A DNA stretch of 64,000 bases from Octopus sinensis. Its lineage: Eukaryota. Positions 52,241-64,000 of this stretch are shown here, piece after piece. The stretch is taken from positions 199,950,001-200,014,000 of the forward strand of contig NC_042997.1 of NCBI RefSeq assembly GCF_006345805.1, written 5' to 3'. Both the position numbers and the translations under genes were made by a program. How positions within the stretch are numbered: the stretch's first letter is position 1; every line of letters begins with the position of its first letter. The notes under the pieces are model-generated. The model was not told the origin of the DNA, did no database searches, and worked only from the letters and a program-made list of their open reading frames with translations.

Positions 52241-54191
52241 GATTACAATATCTCATAATATTCTAGTCTATGGGGATATTCCATTTATTTCAGTTGTGAG
52301 GTCTGAATACATCAAAAAACAGTAAGATCATTAACATTTAGTAAGCTCTAATGTTTGATCAAACATTGTAATTTTATTTCATAGACTCATTATTCAGCAA
52401 CCTACAGGAATAAACTTAACTGCATAGTATTTTTAACCATGAGGAAAAGCAGTGCCTATGATCATTAAGAGGGTTTCAAGAGATATGAAGGAGGAAAATA
52501 TTGTCAAAGCAGGGAACTGGCCTGAACGCTTGCAAAAGGGTGGGCTCGACTAAAAGCAACCACATTGCATAGTAGTGGTAGGATTAAGTATAGCACCCAA
52601 ATAGACTACAGAAGAACTTGAAATGAGAACGCAAAGAGCTAAAGCAAATACCACAAGGCATATCCAGTTCAACAATCTTATGGTGTCGTTAATACACCAC
52701 AATGGATTGATATTTCTTTTATGTCGACCACGAAAGGTTAAGGCATCAATAGAATTTGAACTCAGAGAGCACAATGTCAGAACAAATATCACAATGCATT
52801 TTTACCAATAATCTAATGACTGCCACATTTCTTCAAGCAATCAACTGAACAACTCCGGACTAAGTTAAACAATGTTAAAAAACACTAATGATTATCTGCA
52901 AAAATCAGTTCAAGGATTGAAAAATTACTGTGTATCACAAAGGATAAACATTTCTAATAGGGATTTTCTCAGAGTCTTGAGCAAACGTTTACCATTCTCC
53001 ATATTTAATAAAGTATTATCTTAGATAATACCTTTTATTTCAACAAAAGTATAATTTTGCTTCTTTTTGAATACCTCCAGGATTTGAATTGGTTTGTAAG
53101 GTGGTCTGATTATAATACATACAAATACACATTTTATAGTTAAATTGTTTAAAGCAGTGAGCCAAAATGAATTTTTAATCAACTGAAATCAAACTAATAA
53201 GGAGAAGTAAAGTCAGTATAACAACTAATGTCAAGAATGGTAAGAGAGACTGCCAATTAAATTGATTACAAATTATATATCAATATTCAATGGGGAAGTG
53301 AACCGTGACAACTCTGTACAAATTTTAGTCTTATTAGTCCTCTTCAGTAAAATATCTAGCATGTATTAGAAGATAATTGAATATGACTTTAACTACATAT
53401 TCTTTTATACAGAAAGCACGCTGGTAAATTTTCAAATTTATAAATACATATATTTATGTATATACAATTTTTAATTATTCATTTGATGGAAGTAGGTTTT
53501 GTTTCAGAGACTTCTAGTACTTCTTTTTCTTTAACAGCATGGCTTTATGGTTTGAATAAAAACTAGATACAGTTTCATTCATTCACCAGGGTACATAACA
53601 CTCCAGCTGGAGGAATTCCAACTCCCATCAGCACTATCTATTTGATGAAGGCATTTATTTCAAAAAATTACCTTATTTGTCATACACATTGAGATGCATC
53701 ATCTATTTCAATGAGATAATATTTCTAAACTTCCGTCTGTCTTTATGTTCTGAGTTCAAATTCCGCTGAGGTCAACTTTGCTTTTCATCCTTTCAGAGTT
53801 GATAAATTAAATACGAGTTGCATACTGGGGTCGATGTAATCGACTTGCCCCCATCCCTAAAAATTTCTAAACTTTATGAAGCTAAATCTAATAAACTTGA
53901 TTTGTTTTTAAAATCAAGGAATATTTCAGTCCTGAAGTTGTGTCTTAATATGCATGTTTTTTATTTTTATTTTTTAAATTCCTCTTAACTCTGGGTGGAA
54001 GAGTAAAAATACTCTTTGTAACATGCACTGAAAAAATGATGGTAATATCAGAAAACAACAAGCAAGAGTTTATATGGTTATTCAAACTGCTAGATATAGC
54101 AACCAAGTATCTTAAATTACATCTTACTGCCTTAAAAATCATGTCAGATAGTGTAGTCAAGGGTACATTAATCCAGGAAAAAAACAATTAA

Positions 54192-55267
54192 CCCTTTCGA
54201 TACCAAACCGCCCAAAACTGCCCGAAAAAAATTTTGGTTAATGTGACCAAACCGCCCGAATTTACCTATTCATATTTAAATGAGAATATCAGAGCAAATC
54301 TCTTTAGTACATTCGTGAAAACACGTATTATACTTCGTAAACAGTTCAACTACAGTTTTGTACAAAAATCGAAGTGTAATTTTAATTCCATGAATTTTGG
54401 GAGATTTTTTTCCGAAATTTGTTCCTATTGTGTTTTCAAAATTTGTAATTCTGACAAAAAATGGATACGAATTTCATTATATTAAGCAGCGAGTCAGAAT
54501 TCGAAGGATTTTCTACTGAAGACCTTCATAAATCTAACTCTATGACTGTAAAAAAAAAGCACGTGGTATTTGATAATGAATCTGATGTTTCATTTTCTGA
54601 AAGTGAAAACAGTGAATCCGAGAGCTCCGACAACGATAAAGAAAATGAATTGGCACCTGAATGGAGTGAAAATTTAAAAACTGTTTGTTTCGGTGATTTT
54701 TCTGAAGAAACTGGACCAAGCCACAGACTTTCCCAGAAGGGTAAAGCCTTAGACTATTTCTTTTTACTTTTTCGAATGAGCCTATTTGAAATTATTACGG
54801 CGGAAACGAACCGTTACGCTAAACGTAAACAAAGCGAAAGAAACGATAGTTTGTGGTTTCCCACAACCTTAAATGAAATTAAGACTATTTTGCCGTAAAT
54901 ATTATTATGGGTATCAGAAAGTTACCCAGAATAACAAATTCTATCGTAAAATTTTGTTGTATACCCAATTGAATATTAGCTAATAACCCATTTTCTATAG
55001 CGATGTTTGAACAAAATTTTAATAATTTTATATTTTGTTGAATTTACCTGTATCTACCTGCAATTAGAGTCACTTTGTGACAAAAATTATAGTATAGAAT
55101 TGGTTGAGAACATTTCATTAAATTAGCTTCCAAAATTCACGTAAATATATTGATAAATAAAAAAGTTATAGTTGTTTAATGAAACCGGACTAAATTTATG
55201 ATTACGTTAGAAATTAATTGAAACACATAAGGTGTGTATTTTGGTCAGAAATATAGTAACGAAAGGG
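54192..55267 (+). mobile_element. Internally deleted piggyBac transposon (1076 bp)
   Basis: TTAA|CCCTTTCGATAC ... GTAACGAAAGGG|TTAA, with subterminal ACCAAACCGCCC repeats at ~54202 and ~54246. Confidence 0.93.
54461..54940 (+). pseudogene. piggyBac transposase N-terminus (PGBD4-like), truncated
   Basis: Acidic N-terminus, then LDYFFLLF..EIITAETNRYA..WFPTTLNEIK, and after a frameshift IIMGIRKLP. No DDD domain. Confidence 0.85.
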
Positions 55268-58200
55268 TTAAAGGGTTATAGTTTGAATGCTTGATGATTT
55301 AGGCTAGCTCAATTGGTACTAAGTGTTCAGTAACAACAACTGATTATACTAGTTCAATGGAAGTTTTGAGGCTACAAAAGATAATAGAAGACTTGTCCGG
55401 TCGTATAGTGTCCCAACAGTTTATAGCAGTGAACAGCACTGCCTCATGGTACCAATTTACAACTTGTGGGAAAACATCAGTAGCATAATTTTTTCTGTGA
55501 GTGGCACCACAGAACCAAAGGCATAAACATTTTTTTTTATCTTCTATATGATTGGCCACAACACTAGAAGTTTAATGAACAGTTAATTAAGGCCTACAAT
55601 TAATTAGCATGAATCACTTAACCATGGCTTATTATGTTACCAAGAGTATACACTTTCAATTACTTGCCAGACTTCATTAAGAAATCATATGGCTGATTAA
55701 TTGATCTGCACTCATTTAAAGTTTAAATTGATTCATGTGTTCTCTATATACATCAACTGCCATTACTGGAATATGCAGTTATTTAAATCTTGCCACCTGC
55801 ATCTCTAATTTTCAACCTTATCTTTCTTCTTTTCCTATGCCTTCACCAAGTATCACATTACAACGTATATTCCTTCTACATCTACAATTTACATCATTGT
55901 TGTAAACTTCATCTCAACTAAACTGTTTCAAAACCTTTCTCTGTTAACATTCCTCTGACACTGCTGCACCTCTTACGTGTCTATAGCTTGCATTGGATGC
56001 ACTTTATGGAATTTCTACCCACATCTTTTCTTCATATCGCGCAGGGCCATCTCCCTGAAGGAATTTGTGATTTGATTGTTTTCCTACTTACTAAGACTTT
56101 GGTCTTTAAGTTATCTCTAAGGTCCTTCTGTTAAAATCACTCAACAAATTCTCTCTGTCACGTATTGTCCATAGTCACCTTTTCTAGTGTGTATAAAGAG
56201 AAGAGAGGTTGCACTTTCTCTACAGATCAGAGCTTTGTGTCTAATAATAAACTTTTGCCTTACAACTCCACTGTATTTATCAGTTAATATCTTATGATAT
56301 ATTTTTGGATTTTTTAAAATTTTATTTTTGTCTTCTTTTTTCATTTTACATAGCATCTTTGTTGATTACACATTTTGTAGCTGAAGTATTTATTGCTTAT
56401 TTTGCATCATTGCAGGTTTAATATTTTTTATTAAAACAGTTTCATTGCTTCAACATTTCATTTTTTTTTTTTTTACATTTTTGTTTTAAGAATTTATTTA
56501 ATTGTATATTTTCTTTTACAAGATTTATATTTTCAATATTCAATAAGATTCTATATTTTTACACATTCAATTTTTTATCATTATTATTTTTGTATTCAAA
56601 GAAGATAATGCTCTAATATTTGACATTTTTATAATTTATTTCAATTTATATTGTTTTCATATTTTTATTAATTCTACCAATGTCAGCTTTTACCGAATTT
56701 TGTTTTCCAGTAGCTACAACTATAATCTAGTGAGTCAAATAGCCACTAATACATCCTGCTTAGTCATTTTGAGATTTAGATTTTCATTTGTATCATTGAG
56801 ACTCAGAGACTAAGATGCTTAATTGCCAATAGATCAAATATATGCAGACATGGCAATCGGGTTAAGATGTTTGGCACCATTGAGTGTCTCCAACTGAACA
56901 ATGACTGGTAAGTGAAATTTGGTAGCTGAGAAACACAGAAGACCATTTTATGTGTGTGCATGAGAATACATATATGTGCACCTATATCTCTAATAATTAT
57001 TAGGACAAAATGTACACATTTACAAGAGAATCAATAAAACTGAGGTGTCCACAAAAGTACATTTTGGTATTTTTCTGTTTAACTTACATTCACTTCCTTG
57101 GCACTCTGACTTCAGAAATTCAGTGAACCAGATGCCTTTCTTGTCACGAAAACTCACCTGTTTCCAAGCAAGGTAATATTTCCACTATGGCCGGACATGT
57201 TCATGAAAGACTGGAAACACACTGTTTATATGATGGTGATTGTTTAAAACCATAACATGATGTCAAGACACACACACATATCTTAGACCAAATTCAAATA
57301 CAAGCCATTTAATTGATTAACAGATTCAACTACTAACAGGTTTCCACTTCCAACTTATTAATGTATCCTCCCTTGCTGCATTTCACCTGGACACTACACT
57401 AAGCAGTTCATAAAATTATTCCCCCAGAACAAAGGTTATCTGGAAGATCCTCCCTATCTATATTTTTCCTTCAGAGACCTGCATACAGATGTTCAAATTT
57501 AGCATCGATCATATTAATACCACTTATCTGAGAGAACCTGAGAACATCATGCTGACTGGTCGTCTTTGCCTAACTTATGGAAATTAATTTTCAGACAGTT
57601 CATTGCTTTGTGTTAAAGTACAGACATTCTCTAACCTCTTCTTTTTACATATGTATTCGCTTATACGGAGTAAAATCTAAATTGCTTCAATCTTATATTT
57701 AATAAGTTACTTATGCACTTTTAAATTCTATGATTTTTTTTTTTTTTTGTTTTTTTTAAAACTTCCCATCTATGTATGGAGTTCCTAAAGTTTCATTTGC
57801 TGCATATTCCTTGTCTAGATTATTGTATCAACATAGTTTCACTACTTCTTATAACATAAATTAAGATATAATATACATTGAAAACTGTAGGTATGTCATA
57901 AGAAGGACAGTAAAAAGTAAAGGCTCTTATTCATTCTTTAACAAGGTTTAGAGAAATTAGCAAACACATTTATCAAAAACATAAAAAACCAGTGGTTTAT
58001 GTTGAGCAGAAATTTAAGTGTGCATAATGTTATCCATGTACATAGAGCACTTTCCTAATGTTTTTTTTTTGTATTTTTTTTACACCATCACTACAATCAC
58101 AACAATCAACATAACATACTGATCTAAGTATTGAGAATGCAAGATGCTATGTAAACATTAAGAAGCAAAGCAAGAGCGATATCTTTAGCAAATAAACTTA

Positions 58201-59978
58201 TCAGCAGGGAAGATTAAATCCAAACAGGTAGTTACTTAAATAAAAAAAATTGTAAAAAAACCCAGAAAGAACAGTAACAAAATTCATTTTACAAACAAAA
58301 ATTTCACATGCCAAAACACTTAACCAGCGTATAATAGTACATAATATCAACATACTTGGAAACTATAACAATCATTCGAAACTGCTAACTATCTTCCAGC
58401 TTTTCCTTTTTGGTGAACATAAAACCAGTATAGAAATAAACAGGTAAAGTGTCTTATATTACAGTTAATAGCACTCAGCAGAAACTACATGCCCAGAACC
58501 CCAAAACATTAAGGATCTTTTTACTATGCTCACACAAAAAAGAAAACTGTACTTTTAGGTCCTATAAAAACAAGTATAAATAATAAAGGGAATGCTATGA
58601 ATAAATGATTGAGTTTGCATCAGTTTAAATGCCTGTCACGTTTATGTTCAGTATTTTATCAAGAGATGCAACAACTGTCATAATTTGCATTTCTTAAAGA
58701 AGTGTCATAAAAATGTTTCTTTTCTTGCTATGTACCAGTGAACATAAAGTAAAACAACTGCAAAAAAGCATACCATAAATATATGAAATGCATACAAAAT
58801 AAACAAGATAAAGGAAGACAATAGCCACACAATAACATCATTTAATTGCCTAATGTAAAAAGGTGAACAAGTAAAGCTACATAATGCAATAGCATTATAT
58901 TCTTTGAAATTCCCAAGTGATCCAAAACAAAATTACAATCCTTTATATCAATGTTAAAAAACAACTCTGGATACAACTTTCATCCCAGAAAATTGACTTA
59001 ACTTAAAACAAAAACTACTTTCTTTTTTCACATCCACAATTTCTTTTTGGAAAAATCTCAAAAGGAGAAGCTTTGCAATGATCTTAAGCAATTTTCTAAC
59101 TAGACTGACATTTCTGTATTTTATATCCTTTGAATGTGTAGTTGTAATTTAAGTTTCATTATATGGAATATTCTGTACAGAATAATTTTTTTTTTCCACT
59201 AGAGATATACGGTATTTATCAGTTTCTATGATTATTTACAAAACTTTCTTGACCTTGTCTCCCTGATTTATTTTTGTCATTATCTGCTTTAGCATTCCAC
59301 AGAGGTCGACTTTGCCTTTCATCCTTTCGGGGTTGATAAATTAAGTACCAGTTGCATTCTGGGGTCAGTCTAATCAACTGGCCCCCTCCCCAAAAATTTT
59401 GGGCCTTGTGCCCAGAGTAGAAAAGATTAACTGCTTTAGCATCAACATTCTTTAATAAACAGCCATAAATATATGCCCCCAAAACTCCTTGACAAACTAC
59501 TTTCCATGCCCAAAGTGGGCAACAAACCAACACAAGGTTAACTGCATAAGAAGGGCTAATACATCTAATATATTTAACCACACCACTTCTCCAAATGTTA
59601 AATTACTGAAAATTATACTTAGTTTTAATGAATTACTGGTGAAAATAGATCAGAGTGAGAACTCCAAAATCCTAATTACTATATTTGTATATAACAGGCA
59701 CTCGTATTGCACACCACCAATCCCAGAAATATATCTTATGTACAATTCACAGATTGTTTTTAAGTATTATGATGTACGAGAGAAAAGCAGTTTAATCAGA
59801 TATATTATATATGCTGAATAAAATATACTGAGAGTTCAAAAACCCTATATGAAACAAAAAGCAATTTTGAATTTTACTAGTGTAGTACTTCAAATGTACA
59901 CCCACCATAAATTCAACAAATATAAGCCTCATTTCTTTAAGAAAATCAATTTGAATTTGACAGGGACAGGATATTTAA

Positions 59979-61556
59979 CCCTTTAGAGTTTAGATTGGAC
60001 ATAACCAGCCGAAAATTATTCCCCTTTATTTGTTTGAACTGCCCAAACCTGACTTTATTTGATTTCTCTATGAAATCCATAAAAAAATAAATCACATTAT
60101 TCAATTCTTGTAGCTTTGAGATAATATAAGATAAAGCCTTTCCTGCCTTTATTCAAGCAAAAATACTGTGAAAATTTTGAAACATTTTGTTTGTTTTTTT
60201 CTACATTTGAAGAGAAGTGCATATCTCAGTTTTTAATGACATGGCATCAGCAAGTAGCAATTCTAACTTCAAAGGTTTTTCTCTTGATGATGTACAAAAT
60301 ATAAATGAAAGCAAAAAGTGATTTGTCTTCAGATGAATCATACTGATATTTATGAATCTTCATCAGATGAGGAAGATTTTGATAATGAAAGTGATGAAAA
60401 TGATATTGAAAATATTATGACAACATGGTTGAAGATTATTACAGCAACCACAAGTCCCACTTTCACAGGAAAGACTAGTCCACAATACAGTCTACCTCCC
60501 AATGCTCAACCATTGGACTATTTACTTATATTTTTACCCAAAAGATTTTTTGAAACTCTCGGAGGAAACAAATGCTCAACATATAATTTCTATTCATGGA
60601 AGATCCAATCCACTATGGCAGCCAACTGATACTGTGGAAATGCTAGCTTTTTAGGAATTTCAGTTTTAGTGTTTATCCATAATGTTATTGTTTTTACACC
60701 TATTAATTAAATTTACCTGCCCATAAAAGTCAAATTTAATCAGCAAGGTCAGCTAAAATTACATAACTATAATCCACTGGCATATAAGCAGCGACTGACA
60801 AAATTTCAAATCTGTATGTAAAAAATTAAGGATTTCAGTAGCTGAAAAATTAACAAAGTTACAAGCAAATATTGTGGACACTCCTCTTGAACCTGAAGAA
60901 TTCAAAATAACGTGAACAAATAAGGTTCACTTGAACAAGAGAAAATATTCTGACGTTAAGCCAGACTGCCATTCTGTAGTTGAAATGAGGCATTTACAAT
61001 GAGAAAGCTTGCAGCTGCCAAAATCCTTTTTCTATTGGGGTCACCATTTATAATGGGATTGAAGGCTTGTGATACCTGTGGAGTATCTCCTTCTCCCATT
61101 ACAATTATTTCTGCAGTCTTAAGGATCTGGAACACGAAGAAGAAGCTTACAGTAGAGTGCAATTCAAAAGTCGTTTATTTTTAGTTCTTGTTCATGTGGC
61201 TTGCTCCCAGTGACCATCTTTATGGCAGCGCATGGTTCGTTATAGCTCCATTCACGTGAGGTTCATTACCCCTGGAGATAACAGGTGCAGTTAGAGCAGG
61301 ACAAGAGTCCACTGTGAGGTGCCAGCTTCGCAGTATTTCTCAGCTTAAGCGAGAAGGAAGCAAGAGAGTGAATGTCTTAATTCTCCTGCTTAAATAGTCG
61401 TTGCTGACGAGTCTCCCTGTTGTCTCGTGCATGGCAAATGTTTGCAGGCGACATCTCACTCCTGTCTCAGACATGGTAATGGCTACCAGCAAGATCCCAT
61501 ACAAAGTGGCACTGGCCTCACTACACATTTGACAAATTAATCTGAATACTAACATG
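59979..61556 (+). mobile_element. Older piggyBac remnant with transposase N-terminal fragment
   Basis: TTAA|CCCTTTAG left end. ORF 60318-60629 has an acidic stretch, then PPNAQPLDYLLIFLP, and EMLAFLGI in another frame. The candidate right end AATCTGAATACTAACATG|TTAA matches only 12/18, so it is tentative. Confidence 0.65.
61112..61525 (-). mobile_element. Probable solo LTR
   Basis: Minus strand TGTAGT...ACTGCA termini, TATTTAAG box near 61390 and AATAAA at 61174-61179 in U3-R-U5 order. GC/CpG richer than the flanks. No exact TSD. Confidence 0.55.
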
Positions 61557-61601
61557 TTAAACAAGTTTTATTATTCTGTTTAGACACAAGAGAATAAAGT
61601 G

Positions 61602-61649
<48 letters not shown>

Positions 61650-61782
61650 ATATGCTTAAGCATGTATTTTAAACCACCTACCAACCAATTATATTAGTAT
61701 ACTCTTATTTGTAAAAGGCACAATAGGCTTGCAAAGATCCAAAAATCATGGTCATCAACCTTTAAAAATGTATGTATTTAGG

Positions 61783-61960
61783 CTCAGGTGTAGCTTTGTG
61801 GTAAGAAGTTTTCTTCCCATCCACATGGTTCTGAGTTCAGTCCTACAGTAAGGCACATGGGCCAAATGTCTGTCTACTATAACCTCAAACCAAAAGAAGC
61901 CTTGAGTGGATTTGGTGGACAGAAACTGAAAGAAGCCTGTTGCGTGTGTGTGAACACGCA
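61783..61960 (+). mobile_element. tRNA-derived SINE 5' part (family of 21141)
   Basis: GTAGCTTTGTGGTAAGAAG..GAGTTCAGTCC..GTGGATTTGG..AACTGAAAGAAGCC. A minus-strand relative lies at ~38150-38445. Confidence 0.75.
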
Positions 61961-62550
61961 CATGTTCCCTACCACTGCTTGTGGTATCAGTTCTTTGGTC
62001 AAACTGCTGGTACTGCATTTGACAATATTTTAACTCAGATTCCCAAGCAGTATCTTATTCTCCATGACTTTTCATTTGTATTATCTATATTGATTAGTTC
62101 TCAATTTCATACTGACACCTAATGATTAAAATATTTAATGATTTCAAGTGATTACTTCTCCATTTCATGTTCACACTTCAATTATAAGATTATTTACTTA
62201 GGAAGTATTTTCAATAATGAAAGTATTTACATCAAAAGCAGTTACATTCTCAATTGTCTTTCATGTCTTTCTATATTGAAGGTTCATCATGATTATCTAA
62301 CGTCCGTTTTCCATACTGATATGGGTTGGATGATTGGCAGGAGCTGGCAAGGCGAATGGCCACACCAGGTTCCAGAGTTTGTTTTGGCCTGGTTTCAATA
62401 GTTTGATGCCCTTCCTAATGCCAACCACTTTACAGAGTGTAATGCATACTTTTTACATGGCACCTGACCAGTACCATTTTCGACCTGTGTTAACAGTGCA
62501 CAAATATTTCTGTACAAGTAGTACACATGCTAAACAATTTCAACATCGTA

Positions 62551-62916
62551 TTATTATCTCTGCCTTAGCAAAGGCAGAGGTATTGTTTTCAGTTGTGTTT
62601 GTTTATTCTGCGGACAAAATATCTCCAAAACTGCTGGATGGATTTGGATGAAACTTTCAGTGATGTTTGACTCCATGGCTGGCATGAACTGATTAGATTT
62701 TGGGATCCATCCAGTACCAGACAAGGATTCTGGATTATTTTTTCTGTTATTTTACTTAATTTTTGAGACCGATCGGGTTCATTTTTAGTATTCTCGTTTG
62801 TGAGAGCAATCAAATTTATTTCAGATATTCTCATTTTAAAAATCATCTCTGGCGAATCGTTGAGAGGACGTTGATGTTGCTTTGGGAGAGGTTTGCACTC
62901 TCTGAGTGCTCTCGTT
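62551..62916 (+). mobile_element. Helentron-associated non-autonomous element (DINE-1/HINE-like)
   Basis: 5' TTATTATCTCTGCC..GGCAGAGG palindrome, GATTTGGATGAAACTT motif, 3' GGGAGAGG subterminal repeat, GCACTC-TCT-GAGTGC hairpin, TT end. Confidence 0.8.
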
Positions 62917-63169
62917 ATGCACTGCATATGTATTACTGATTATTACAGTGAGTTAATGAAACTAACCCGTATAAATTCTTGTACCAGTGTGTTTACACAA
63001 ACAGCCATTTATATATACTGCCATGCTTTGTTACACAAAGAGATTAATACCATAAGAGAGAAGATGAATGAAATGTAGGAGAGTGATAGAGGGATGAGAG
63101 TATCAAAAGAGACAGAAGCATCAGATGTAGACTTGATAGAGACATTTTAACAAGAGACCCAAATGTTGA

Positions 63170-63450
63170 TTATCTCCATGCCTTTAACACTAGCAGCTTA
63201 ATTGTTTCACCAATGCTTTGGCTAAGTTTACTGCAGCATTGCATTTCACCAAATGCTCACATCGTCTCAGCATCCTTGAGATACATTTTCACCATTTCAT
63301 CCCATGTTTCCTTTGGTCTCCCTTGAACAGGTTTCATCCACTTTGCTCAGTTGTTATCCTTCATATACATTACATGCCTGTATCAGCCATAGTCTTTGCT
63401 TATCACACAACATCTAATAGAATACTCTTAATTCTGTTACTATGATTTCT
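63170..63450 (-). mobile_element. Degraded RTE LINE 3' end
   Basis: Minus strand reads approximately GDQRKHGMKW*KCISRMLRRC, paralleling the RTE C-terminus at 27400-27520. Confidence 0.45.
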
Positions 63451-64000
63451 GAATGCCTACTTCAAGTGATATTTAGACCACCTGAGGAACACAAGCAATT
63501 TACTTCTAGCGAGCTGTCAGAGCTTTGGAGAGAATATTCCATGCATAGTTTTAGTGCTTAATACTCTTGAGCATCTGCTACATACCTTAGCCAGCCAATG
63601 ATAAGGATAAAAGGAAAACAATACAAAAATTGTCTCTGGATGAGACGATACTAAGACAATTGGGTTAATGAGTGGTTTAAAATACATACTTAAGCAATAT
63701 ATCTATGTCTTTTGATTATAATGAATACTGGTCTTTGTGGGTTCAGATGTTACTGGGAAATAGACTTCACTGATGGAATTGAATATTTCAAAGTTTATAG
63801 AATATTTGGATTTCTGTTATATGCTCTCCTCTCTGACACACTCTTCTATTTCCATAAGAAGTATTCCACAAAGTAAACAAGGTTACACACTCAACACTTG
63901 CCAATATATTTTTTCTTGTTGGTTCTCATTTGTAGTAATGCCAACAGCTTCATTAAATTTAATATTACATCTGGCCAGATCATCATTAAACTTGTGAAAT

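Noticed and set aside
53315-53350. Minimal hammerhead ribozyme on minus (CTGAAGAG GACTAATAAGAC TAAAA)
   Set aside because: The GAAA core is absent and stems I/II do not pair properly; at best a dead relic.
61340-61564. Terminal coding exon with possible stop readthrough
   Set aside because: No recognisable protein, and the region is better explained as a solo LTR abutting a piggyBac end.
1-64000. Prokaryotic operon, CRISPR array or defence system
   Set aside because: No long ORFs or gene density, and no regularly spaced identical repeats with unique spacers. The content is metazoan TE debris.

Overview
AT-rich eukaryotic, non-prokaryotic DNA dominated by transposable-element debris. The repeat families (tRNA-headed SINEs, a GAT-tailed RTE-related repeat, abundant TA/CA microsatellites) look like those of Octopus or a related coleoid cephalopod; this taxon call is my inference. 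I recognise no intact host gene, rRNA, tRNA gene or CRISPR array, so the window is probably a large intron or intergenic region, and nearly all track ORFs are spurious or TE fragments. Well supported: a full-length decayed mariner (13155-14385), a 5'-truncated RTE LINE (15870-18573), Tc1 and DD37D/maT remnants, three Helitrons plus a Helentron-type element, four TTAA piggyBac elements, several MITEs, an R4/Dong nuclease fragment and a probable solo LTR. Most worth follow-up: an unexplained decayed PD-(D/E)xK-like reading frame with splice-like signals (~51.6-52.2 kb), a 70-bp perfect inverted repeat (9752-10333), a fold-back of two SINE halves around a perfect palindrome (18672-18966), nested insertions, and a modular RTE 3'-UTR/SINE family. 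I found no convincing evidence of a new multi-gene system. Boundaries not anchored by TIRs or TSDs are approximate.
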